A DNA stretch of 53,750 bases from Barthelona sp. PAP020 (Eukaryota): positions 1 through 53,750 of the forward strand of contig JARQWU010000040.1 in NCBI GenBank assembly GCA_040182905.1, written 5' to 3'. Shown piece after piece: positions 1 through 9,448 of the stretch; the first letter of the stretch is position 1, and each line of letters starts with the position of its first letter. The notes beneath the pieces are model-generated. The model was given only the letters and a program-made list of their open reading frames with translations, was not told where the DNA came from and did not search any database. The position numbers were made by a program, and so were the translations under genes.

Positions 1-551
1 GTGTTCAGAATTTATTATTGAAAAATCTTGCTAATTTCATAAGTTCCTTTTATTAAGCCGCCTTTTCAATTTTGATGCCTATAAATGGCAAGAAGAAACT
101 ATAAAGAAGACATTTTCTTTTTTTCAATTGACCTGTTAGCTTTGCAACAAATGAATACAAGTTTGAAAGCATTGTTATGAACAATAGCAAATGATAGCAC
201 AATTAGAATAAGTGTCCATTAAAGTGTAAACATCTTTCTTTACTAACAGAAACTAATGGTTTTATCAAAATATTGTGAAAGAACTTTTTCTTTTTTGCAG
301 TCGAGTAGTTTGCCATTAAATCTTTTGTGGGACTACAAATTAAAATTAAAAAACCTGTTTGTTAGACATCTATTAATAAAAAGAAGTTTTAGAGGATATT
401 AGCGATTTTAACAGAATTGGAAAAATTGTTGAAACTGTTGAACAGGTTGTAAATTTACGTTTTAATTGGTAATAATATAGATAGTAATTTGAGAAAACAT
501 GAAGAAAGAAAAAGAAGGAAAAAAAATAGGAACGAAGTTGTCTGTTGTCTC

Positions 552-1745
552 ATGAAAGGGCAAAAATGGAAAGATATTGTTGAATTGTTTGATTTAAGAA
601 TTGAATCTGAAAAACCTGTGGTATTTGAAGGCGATTTTCCCACTTATATAAGGGATTGTAAATATTCACCAAACGGCAAGTATTTGGCAATTAATACGGG
701 TGATTGTACTGTTTATGTGTACAATGCAAACAATGGAGATCTCATTCGAACTTTGAAAGATCATACAAAGGATGTTTGTGGTATTGCTTTTTCTCCAGAT
801 GATAAATTGTTTGCAACATGTTCACTTGATTATTTTATTAATATTTATGATGTCCATGATTTTTCCCTCAAAGGCATAATGAAAAATTTAACAAATGTTA
901 CTTGTATTTGTTTTTCAAATTGTTCCAATTATTTATATTCTGGAGATTCATTCAGTTGCATTAGATTATGGAATATTTATGATTGTATGGTTCTCAATGA
1001 AATAAAAATAGAAGGTCGTTGGATATTTTGCTTAAAATTATCTGTGGATGGCAGATTCCTTTTATCTGGCACTGAGGCTAAAACTGTTCAATTGATTGAT
1101 TCTCACAATTTGTCCATAATTCATACTTTTAAGCACAAAAAACCTGTGTATACTGTTGATTTTGAACCTACAAAAGGGATTATTGCTGCAGGTAACGTTG
1201 TTGGTAGTGTCAGAATGTGGGATATTGATAGTTTCTCTGTCATTCATACCTTCGAAATGGTATGGTCAGTGTATGCTCTTCAATTTTTGACTCCCACCAT
1301 TCTTCTCATCATGTCTGGTGATGGTTTTATCACCTCATACAATGTTGATACTTTTCAACAGATTCAAAGAATCCACTGTTCTTGTGATAGACATTATTTT
1401 TCATTTTGTGTCTATCCGGAAATGACAAAACTAACATGTGGACGATGTGATGGAAACACCTTCAAAACATACTCAATTGTACCCTTTTTCGGCCCTTCAA
1501 ATCTGTCAAAAATTGTTAAATATTCAAGAGATTCTGAACATGTCCTTTCAACTGTTATTTCAATGGCAATAAGTTCTTTTGATATCAGGTCTCTTGTGTC
1601 TGCTGGAGTTCACATGAATTTGGAAGAATATAAATATCTTGTTGACACTTGCTGGGACTTAGTTCTAATTAATAAAAGCAATGGTGGGAATATGCATGAA
1701 TTTTTCGAAAGTATAGATAATATTCATGACAGTGACTCAGATTAA
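552..1745 (+). CDS. WD40-repeat protein with a conserved C-terminal helical extension (paralog of 3892-5085)
   Basis: Repeated WD40 blades (YSPNGKYLA, DHTKDVCGIAFSPD, IRLWNI, VRMWDI). First ATG is at 552; the ORF track opens at TTG 489. Confidence 0.9.
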   Translation: MKGQKWKDIVELFDLRIESEKPVVFEGDFPTYIRDCKYSPNGKYLAINTGDCTVYVYNANNGDLIRTLKDHTKDVCGIAFSPDDKLFATCSLDYFINIYDVHDFSLKGIMKNLTNVTCICFSNCSNYLYSGDSFSCIRLWNIYDCMVLNEIKIEGRWIFCLKLSVDGRFLLSGTEAKTVQLIDSHNLSIIHTFKHKKPVYTVDFEPTKGIIAAGNVVGSVRMWDIDSFSVIHTFEMVWSVYALQFLTPTILLIMSGDGFITSYNVDTFQQIQRIHCSCDRHYFSFCVYPEMTKLTCGRCDGNTFKTYSIVPFFGPSNLSKIVKYSRDSEHVLSTVISMAISSFDIRSLVSAGVHMNLEEYKYLVDTCWDLVLINKSNGGNMHEFFESIDNIHDSDSD

Positions 1746-2119
1746 ATGATTCCCTTTATGTTTTTGTTTTCATTGTTGATAATAAATAAATATTGCAATT
1801 ATCTGTTGTGAATTGAAAATAATTTTTTTTTCAAAATCAGTAATTTGCTTTTCCCTGCAGAGGCAGAAACAAATTATTATCATTTTTTTTGGATCAAAAC
1901 AGACCTTTCAATAATTTTCTTTCAATATTTTAATATTGTTTGGCTACATTGATCCTATATTTTATATTTTTAACAAACATTTATTTTTATCAATTTTCAA
2001 TCATAATTATTCTGTTTTTTCTTTTTATCCTGTTCAATTCAAATAAACAATTTTTGAGTTTTCGAACAATCATTTTTATTTGATTTTTTTGTTTGATCAT
2101 TTTTCTTTGTCTTTTTTAA

Positions 2120-2872
2120 ATGAATTATAACAAAAGAACAGAACTATATGCAAAATACACAAAAGAAATGAACAATGCAGTGCGGATGGTTATTTTGTGT
2201 TCTTTATTGATTGCACCCACTGCAATGTTAATTCTTGGATTAGTCATTAATGTTTTAAGAACAGCTTTGTATTGGTGGATTTTAACATTTTGTTTGTACA
2301 TTGGAATGGTGTGTATTTATATTTTTGCAATTCCATCGTCGACAACAATATCAATAGACAATGAATTCTTCACAATTGTTCCTAATAATGGTGGATGTAT
2401 GTGTTGTTGTGGAATTCAAGTGTATCTTTCAGATATTTTTGACATGTCCATAATATCAAATAATTTTAGACATCATATAAGACATCATCGACATATGATC
2501 CATGTAAGTTGGGGTCATGCAAGATATCAAATGATAATTCTTACACATAGTCGTATGGTTTTATTGGCAATTCCTGATGTTGAACATTTTTACATGATAT
2601 TACATGTTTTGACGGGTAAAGGTAATCCAATAACGGACTATCATTTTCCCACTTCTTTCAGCACTGAAAATATGATGTTACAAGTTGATAATATTATTCC
2701 TTTAGATCAAATAAACACAAGGATGGATCCTAGATTGCGCTCACAGCAGATTCCTTTCAATAATGACGTTGTCTACAAGCCTCATTTTAAGCAAACTGTT
2801 GAACCTTACCCGCAGGATTTTCAATCTGATTTTTTTGACAACCCTCAACTTATGAAACCTGAAATGTTGTAA
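2120..2872 (+). CDS. Hypothetical membrane protein, 2 predicted TM segments
   Basis: 250-aa ATG ORF with two hydrophobic stretches near the N-terminus, a GGCMCCCG Cys cluster and an RHHIRHHRH His cluster. Confidence 0.75.
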   Translation: MNYNKRTELYAKYTKEMNNAVRMVILCSLLIAPTAMLILGLVINVLRTALYWWILTFCLYIGMVCIYIFAIPSSTTISIDNEFFTIVPNNGGCMCCCGIQVYLSDIFDMSIISNNFRHHIRHHRHMIHVSWGHARYQMIILTHSRMVLLAIPDVEHFYMILHVLTGKGNPITDYHFPTSFSTENMMLQVDNIIPLDQINTRMDPRLRSQQIPFNNDVVYKPHFKQTVEPYPQDFQSDFFDNPQLMKPEML

Positions 2873-3540
2873 ATTTTTGATAGTAACGGAGATTCTTTTT
2901 TGATTGATAAACGTTGATGAAATGATATTGTTGCCAATTTTATGATGCATAAATGGAAGAAGACAAGAATGAGACAAAATAAGCGAGCATCAAATTTCTT
3001 TAAGAATATCTTTGATGACAAAACCATTTCCTTTTTTCCATGATTTTCCTTTTTATAAATGGAAATATTTGTTCTGTTTTTGTTTATTCTTTCTTTTTTA
3101 GCCAAAATTTTTAGTTTTTATTTTTTGATAATGGTGGAAATTTGGATTCATTGAAAAAAAATAATATTTGGTCTCATCAAATAAGTTTTCATTTACGTTT
3201 ATAGACGCCCTGATTATCGCAACAGAGAGAGATAATCACACATGTAGACAAAGTTTCCAGTATTGGAAGTGATCAGTAACAATCGTTTTGGCGTTAAAGT
3301 GAAAAGGATTTACATAAGTTTTATTTTCTGCTCTATACATTAGGCCCACATTTTAAGATTACGTTTTTTTTTTTTATTAAAAGAAGACTGCCCTTCGACA
3401 TTAATTACGCTCAAGACAAGTTCGATCCCCCCAATAAAATCCCAAGCTCTCAGAAACAAAGTCTATAAACACAAAAAAATATAAATGAAAAAAATTTGTG
3501 CTTACTATTTTAATATATTCTGCATCCTATTGAAAATCCT

Positions 3541-3628
3541 CAAAAGCAATATCGCACATTGATGTGCAAAAAGGGAAATTCAAAAACCAAACTTCTGTGC
3601 ACACACATGTTTCAATATCAACTTTGTG
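3541..3628 (-). pseudogene. Possible decayed SWIM zinc-finger coding fragment (MULE-transposase-like)
   Basis: Minus strand reads HKVDIETCVCTEVWFLNFP, then after a 1-nt slip in a T run (F)AHQCAILL. This resembles the CxC-x9-CxH SWIM pattern but needs two mutations to fit. Confidence 0.3.
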
Positions 3629-3891
3629 ATGAAAAGGAAGTATACAACTGAAACTATCACGATTTTGGATGCTAGAATAAAATAAATTCTTGAATTTAGC
3701 AACATTTCTTCGGTGAAATGAGATGAGTATACCGGTATTTTTTCAACAATACTTGGGAATTTGAAAACAAAAAACTTGAATAAATACAATATAACAACTA
3801 TCTCTCATCCATCTTATAATTAATCCCTGTTGCTTTCAAAAAATTGCTATCTTTAGAAAATGATGGTTGCTTTAAACCTTTTGGCGATTAA

Positions 3892-5085
3892 CTAGTCATC
3901 GACGTCACTTTGTTCACACATAAAGGTGTGCATATTGCCGTTATTAGTCTTGTTGATTGCAACCAAATCCCAACACATCTCAACAATTATTTTATATTCC
4001 TCTTCATTCATACAAATACCTGATGCGACCAATTCTCTTATTATTTGAGGATCCATATTCATGGCAATAAGATTTCCTAACACATACCCACTATCCTTTG
4101 ATACTTCAATGAGTTGGGACTGATGTGAAGGATCATATTCAGCCACAATTGAATAGAATTTAATAGCATTGTCCTCACATTTACCACAAGCCAATTGTCT
4201 CCTATCAGGGGATACCGCAAAAGAAAAATACAAATTCACACGACCACAATGAGCCTTTTGAATCCGCTGAAAGCTGTCAACATTGTATGAGGTAATACAT
4301 CCGTCATCAGACATAATAAGCAAGTTACTAGGTGTGATGAAATGAACTGACATTACAACACCACACACATCAATGGTATGAATAAGAGATCCTTCGTCTA
4401 TATTCCACAATTTTACTTTCTTCAAATTGTCTCCAACAGCAATAATTCTTTTGGTTGGATGGAAATCAATGGCTCTGACATGTCTTTCATGGATAAATGT
4501 GTGAACAACAGAGAAATTATTGGAATCTAGCAATTTGGCCGTATTATCTCCACTGCCCGTCAAGAGATGTTTCCCATCCGGTGAAAGCTTCACTCTATAA
4601 ACGATGTCAGCATGAATTTTTTTTTTCAAAACAGCATTACCACTATAGATATCCCATTTCTTCAGGATTCTCTTTCCATCACCAGAAAAAATGTAATTGG
4701 AACAATGAGAAAAACATATTCCATAAACTTCAACATTGTTGTTCAATCTACCCAAAATCGAAAAATCTGAAAAGCAATAAATGATAATGGTTCCATCACA
4801 TGAACAAGTTGCTAATTTTTGTCCATTAGGTGAAAAGCAAACATTAACAACCCAGTCAGTATGATCTTTTAAAGTACGATTCAATCTTCCAATTTCCACA
4901 TCAATCACATGAGTTTTTCCACAAGTACTTCCAATAACCAAATATTTACCATCAGGTGAGTATTCACAATCAAATAAATGACCAGAAAGTACATCTCTAA
5001 TTATCCTCCCACTACTTCTATCAATTTTGTGAGAAACTAAATCATCAATAATTTTTCCCAGAAATTCACCTGACGCAACAGTCAT
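3892..5085 (-). CDS. WD40-repeat protein with a conserved C-terminal helical extension (paralog of 552-1745)
   Basis: WD40 blades (YSPDGKYLV, DHTDWVVNVCFSPNG, KKWDI, KLWNI), colinear with the 552-1745 protein. First ATG is at 5085. Confidence 0.9.
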   Translation of the reverse strand: MTVASGEFLGKIIDDLVSHKIDRSSGRIIRDVLSGHLFDCEYSPDGKYLVIGSTCGKTHVIDVEIGRLNRTLKDHTDWVVNVCFSPNGQKLATCSCDGTIIIYCFSDFSILGRLNNNVEVYGICFSHCSNYIFSGDGKRILKKWDIYSGNAVLKKKIHADIVYRVKLSPDGKHLLTGSGDNTAKLLDSNNFSVVHTFIHERHVRAIDFHPTKRIIAVGDNLKKVKLWNIDEGSLIHTIDVCGVVMSVHFITPSNLLIMSDDGCITSYNVDSFQRIQKAHCGRVNLYFSFAVSPDRRQLACGKCEDNAIKFYSIVAEYDPSHQSQLIEVSKDSGYVLGNLIAMNMDPQIIRELVASGICMNEEEYKIIVEMCWDLVAINKTNNGNMHTFMCEQSDVDD

Positions 5086-5370
5086 ATCATACAATGAATC
5101 AAAAAAAAACGACAAATCTCAAATATTTAGTAATAACTGACTTCAAATCAAAAATGAAGTAATAATGGTTCATTGCATTTTTTGTAAGCTCTCTCTCTTT
5201 TTTTTTTTTGGCTTGACCAATTTTATAAATTTCCTTGCATTGTTTTGAAAGTTCAAAAGCAACTCCATAATCAATATTTTCTCATCTGAAAGTACTTTTT
5301 AACCCTTTTAGGCAAAAGAAAAGATAAGGAAACAAAAAAACAATCAAAAACAATTCACAAAATTTCCTAT

Positions 5371-7068
5371 TTACCAATCAGAATCATCATCGTCTTCATT
5401 AGATATAATTATTTTTGTTTTCTTTGCAGTTAAAGCAGGAGCTTCCAAGTTTTCTTTTTCTTCATTGCTGGGATTTTCATCATCAGTTGATGTTTGTTTC
5501 TTTTCTTTTTCAATTTTTTCATTCTTTGAATCTACATCACTGAAATCATCGTCAGTTAGATCCGAAAGTTCATCTGAAGCTGTATCTTTTACAGGTTTCT
5601 TTGGTTCAGGTTTCTCTTCAACCTTCGATTCTTTCTCAACATCCTTTTCAGATTTGCCTCCCATGCCTTGTCTCATCTCACTTAATCTCATTCTCAACTC
5701 ATCCATCATATTCATTGGTTGGTTAGACTTCGCCGATCTGCTTGGTAATTCATCATCATCATCATCATGTCTCTTTCTAGCGGGTTTCAACTTGAAATCT
5801 TTGTTTCGAATTTGATCAAGTAAAGAGGGAACTTTCTTTTTGGGTGCTGTTTTTTCTTTTGGTTTCTTTTCCGTGGCAGCTTTTTTTCCTTTTTTCTTCT
5901 TTGGCTTCAGACTTCCAGGTGGTGGGGGCAATTGTCCAGGATTTCCACCAGGAGGAGGAGGTAATCCTGTTGGAGGAGGAGGAAGACCGTTTGGAGGAAG
6001 GGGAATTCCACTTGGAGGACCCATTGGTGGTCCTGTAGGAATATTGGTGGTTGAGGTCGATGGTACACCAGCAGGAATGTTAGATGGAGGCCCAGGTGGG
6101 CCAGTTGTTGGAACCTTGACAGGTGAATTGTTGATTTGCACATTGCTTTGTGCTACACCATCTCTATTCGCCACCTGATCATGTGTGATCACATTTGTTG
6201 ATGTGGTGGAACTTTGAATATATGTAGGAGCTAATGTACTTTGAGGAACATCACCGACAAAAGCTAAGTCAGATGAAACAATACCAGGTAAATTTCCGAC
6301 CTGTATAGCAGGTGCTTGAATAAAGTCTGGTCTGTAGACAAATGATTGAGCATTGTAAGCAGAAAGAGCTTGCCCAGATTCAATAGTTGCTGGAGCCATA
6401 AATACATCTTCTTCTTCTTCTTCTTCTTCCATTGTTTTATGAGCAGCTCTTTGAATCGAGAGTAAGTTATCAGGGATAGTATTTGCTGAATACAAATTTT
6501 TATCACTGTTAAAGAGGTATAATGAGTTAATTGATTCATTCTTTGAAGAAAACATTCCCAGACCTTCCTGTTCATCCATAGGATCTTCAATGTTATATGA
6601 AGTTTTGATACCGGACGTGTATGTCATCCAAAGTTCAGATTCAATATCAAACTTTTCTTTAAAAACTGGTAAATTGGGACGAAATGTTGAAAATTTATCC
6701 AAATCTGTTAATTTTTCAGAAAACATTTCAATATTTTGATTAAAATCTGTTTTTAAAGATTTACTTATTGTAGAATCATTTTTACAAGGAAACTCAGCAG
6801 AAGAAAATATTGTAATGGCTTTCTTTTTATCATTAGCTATACTTTGAATCTTTGATTTACACTCATTTGTTCTATTTTGTAAAGATATTAAATCATCTTG
6901 AGTTTTTAAAATGGAATTTTCAATTTTTGCAAAGGTTGAATTGCAAACACTTTCTAACTGATTTAACATATCAATTATTAAATTATGTGATTCGTATTCT
7001 CTCGTATCATATAAAAGTAATGGTATTTTTTCACTCATTTCAATACAATAAACAAAAGATCCTTTCAT
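5371..7068 (-). CDS. WASHC1: WASH complex subunit 1 (Arp2/3 nucleation-promoting factor)
   Basis: N-terminal WAHD region (ITIFSSAEFP, EGLG...SINSLYLFNSDKNLY), poly-Pro tract, WH2 (SLLDQIR...LKPA), central helix (MMDELRMRL) and acidic tail ending DDDDSDW. Start could be the second ATG at 7038. Confidence 0.9.
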   Translation of the reverse strand: MKGSFVYCIEMSEKIPLLLYDTREYESHNLIIDMLNQLESVCNSTFAKIENSILKTQDDLISLQNRTNECKSKIQSIANDKKKAITIFSSAEFPCKNDSTISKSLKTDFNQNIEMFSEKLTDLDKFSTFRPNLPVFKEKFDIESELWMTYTSGIKTSYNIEDPMDEQEGLGMFSSKNESINSLYLFNSDKNLYSANTIPDNLLSIQRAAHKTMEEEEEEEDVFMAPATIESGQALSAYNAQSFVYRPDFIQAPAIQVGNLPGIVSSDLAFVGDVPQSTLAPTYIQSSTTSTNVITHDQVANRDGVAQSNVQINNSPVKVPTTGPPGPPSNIPAGVPSTSTTNIPTGPPMGPPSGIPLPPNGLPPPPTGLPPPPGGNPGQLPPPPGSLKPKKKKGKKAATEKKPKEKTAPKKKVPSLLDQIRNKDFKLKPARKRHDDDDDELPSRSAKSNQPMNMMDELRMRLSEMRQGMGGKSEKDVEKESKVEEKPEPKKPVKDTASDELSDLTDDDFSDVDSKNEKIEKEKKQTSTDDENPSNEEKENLEAPALTAKKTKIIISNEDDDDSDW

Positions 7069-7420
7069 TTATTCTTTGTTGGTAAATACTTCAATTTCTT
7101 TTATTTGATCAACTAATTAATGTAAAAATCCGAAAAGAAATTGTGCCTTTAGGTTCTATTGGTTGAAGGAGAAATGTTGAAAAAAAAAATCATTGTTCAC
7201 AATAAATTATTCAAAGGATTTAAATGAATTAAAATATTTATTTTAAATATTTGAAAAGGAACAATAATTCTTTGATGAAATATGAATAAATTCATGAAAT
7301 GAATTAAACTCTTCTACATTTAGTTAATTATTATTGATATCAAGTGATGTAGGTTCTTGAAAACCCTTTAGAAAAAAAAAAAAAAAAACACTCTCAAATA
7401 TCTTATTATTTTATGTATCA

Positions 7421-7972
7421 ATGAGCATTCAAACAGACAGAATTAATCGTGTGAAGAAATTGAAAGAATATTTTGACAAAGAACAGTTGATTAGATTGTT
7501 TGAAAGAGATCGAACTAGTTTTGCTATGAGAATATTTATGGCATTAATAGCTTTAGTTTTCTTTTGTATCTTTGGTTTAGTTATTCATAATGATATAACT
7601 AACGAAAATTCTTATATTATTTTAATTCCTGCAATAATTGGTATTGTTTTGACGATGATTATACTTTTTAAGGCATCTAATAGAAATATAAATGCACATA
7701 GTTATTTAGCAGGTTATTCAAATGGGGTATCTGACTTGCTTGAAAATATTCTTGAAGTGAAAGATATGTTTTCGGATGTTAGTATTGAGAATTTGAATAA
7801 TATGAGAGAAATCATGAGAAATTCAGTTCCTTATGTCAGTAAGAAAGCTATTTCTATGGGATTCTTAAAATATGATTTGGAGAATTCTCAAAATAATTCA
7901 AAGAATATAAAAGACTGTGATTTGTGTGAAGAAGTTCCTGTTGAAGATATTACTGCGGACGAAACCCTTTAA
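7421..7972 (+). CDS. Hypothetical membrane protein, 2 TM segments
   Basis: 183-aa ATG ORF with two hydrophobic helices; no family recognised. Confidence 0.7.
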   Translation: MSIQTDRINRVKKLKEYFDKEQLIRLFERDRTSFAMRIFMALIALVFFCIFGLVIHNDITNENSYIILIPAIIGIVLTMIILFKASNRNINAHSYLAGYSNGVSDLLENILEVKDMFSDVSIENLNNMREIMRNSVPYVSKKAISMGFLKYDLENSQNNSKNIKDCDLCEEVPVEDITADETL

Positions 7973-8147
7973 TATTTGGTTGATAAATTATTGATATTTT
8001 TTTGTCGGTTTTATATTGTAAAGTAGAATTAAGTTATGTTTTTTTTGATAAATAACCAGAAAAAGGAAAAAAAGTTGAAGAATCAGGCTTTTTAGTCTAA
8101 AACATCAAAACTCTTTTTTTTTTTCTTGTTTTTATCATTAATGTTTC

Positions 8148-9392
8148 ATGGATGAACCTGTAGACTCATTTTTATTACCATACGAATGGGAAAAAGAGCA
8201 AAGTAATGTTTGGTCTAAGCCAATTATTACATTTCAAGATAATGGTGACAACGATTCGGCAACTTTCAAAAATATGGAGGAAGAAATTGATTTATTGACT
8301 GATCCTGAAATAAAAACGATAAGAAGAAATTTTTTTCGTCATATTTTAATCATTGTGGATGCATGTGATGAATCGAATTTAAATGATTACAAGCCGTTGA
8401 GATTTGAATTTGCATTGTCTTTAGCTGTAAAAACTGTTGAAGGTTTATTGAAATTGTCAGATCCTTTCATCAAACTTTCGGTTTGGTTCATTGGAAAATT
8501 AGGGTGTTATGAGTTGTTTGATTTTGAGCCTATTGGTAAAGATCATATGAAAAGGATTACTTACAATGTGCATCGAGCTTCATTTTTAATGGATAAGAAA
8601 AAGACATTTCAAGAAGGTGGTAAGTTCAGTATGGCTAAAGTTTTGCTAGATTGTTGTAAATATTTTGATGCAAAACATTTGGATGGATCGCTTGCTGGAC
8701 TTGAGGTTCTGTTGTTTTTGACTTCGACCAGATCGAATGACATTGAGGTTTCAAATTTAAACCTTTCTGATGTTATTCAACGTGTTGTTGGTAAAAAGGT
8801 GATCATTAGTATTGTTGGGCTTGCTGCTGAAGTTTTTCTTTTCAAAAAGATTGCTGCAAATACAGGGGGTCATTATGTAGTCGTGCAATCATTGGAAAAT
8901 TTTTCAATCCAAATGGATCCATTGATTTTGCCACAACCTGCCCGAACAGGACTTCAAGGGACTTCACAAGAAAGATTAGGGTTTCCCCAAATTTTCATTC
9001 CTTCTGATCCCCTAGAAGGGATTTTATTGTGTTCATTACACTCAGATATAAGTAAACATGAGTCAAAGCATTATAAAGTACAAAAACAGCATGAGAGTCT
9101 TTACAAATGTCCAATTTGTGCTACTTTTGTTTGTTCAATCCCATTTTTATGTCCAGGTTGTGGGATTTTGTTAACATCTGCTGAGCAATTAGCAACAAAG
9201 GCCTCTTTGCTATCAGGTCCCCCTTCTTTTCAAAAAATTGACCATCATCAAACATCTGATGTAACATGTTTCTGTTGTCAACAATCAGCTCATGTGTGTT
9301 GTGGTAAATGTGACAGTTCATATTGTTTGGAATGTGCAAAAATTATGTCGCATGATACAGTCACTTGTGTTGGTTGTATGTTGACCAGATAA
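8148..9392 (+). CDS. GTF2H2: TFIIH subunit p44 / Ssl1
   Basis: YEWE..W N-terminus, vWA domain (RHILIIVD, DYKP.R, SIVGLAAEV), C4 finger CPIC...CPGC and C-terminal Cys-rich domain CFCC...CGKC...CLEC...CVGC. Confidence 0.93.
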   Translation: MDEPVDSFLLPYEWEKEQSNVWSKPIITFQDNGDNDSATFKNMEEEIDLLTDPEIKTIRRNFFRHILIIVDACDESNLNDYKPLRFEFALSLAVKTVEGLLKLSDPFIKLSVWFIGKLGCYELFDFEPIGKDHMKRITYNVHRASFLMDKKKTFQEGGKFSMAKVLLDCCKYFDAKHLDGSLAGLEVLLFLTSTRSNDIEVSNLNLSDVIQRVVGKKVIISIVGLAAEVFLFKKIAANTGGHYVVVQSLENFSIQMDPLILPQPARTGLQGTSQERLGFPQIFIPSDPLEGILLCSLHSDISKHESKHYKVQKQHESLYKCPICATFVCSIPFLCPGCGILLTSAEQLATKASLLSGPPSFQKIDHHQTSDVTCFCCQQSAHVCCGKCDSSYCLECAKIMSHDTVTCVGCMLTR

Positions 9393-9448
9393 TGATGATT
9401 AACCCAAAAATGTCAATAAAGAAAAAAAGTATTTTTTTTTTATATGTG

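Noticed and set aside
241..300. TACTAAC branch-point-like heptamer and TTTTTTGCAG acceptor-like site
   Set aside because: No donor or exon context yields a sensible protein; a single occurrence in AT-rich DNA.
3222..3245. ACAGAGA box suggesting U6 snRNA
   Set aside because: No AGC triad or U6 internal stem-loop follows; kept only as an unassigned structure.
3240..3285. Hammerhead-like CTGATCA...GAAA on the minus strand
   Set aside because: Core should be CUGANGA, and stems I-III do not form properly.
3384..3433. GTTCGATCCC, tRNA T-loop/B-box-like
   Set aside because: No T-stem or acceptor-stem pairing and no cloverleaf.
5465..6178. Plus-strand ORFs of 112-116 aa (Gly-rich, Ser/Phe-rich)
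   Set aside because: Antisense shadows of the WASH1 Pro-rich and charged regions.
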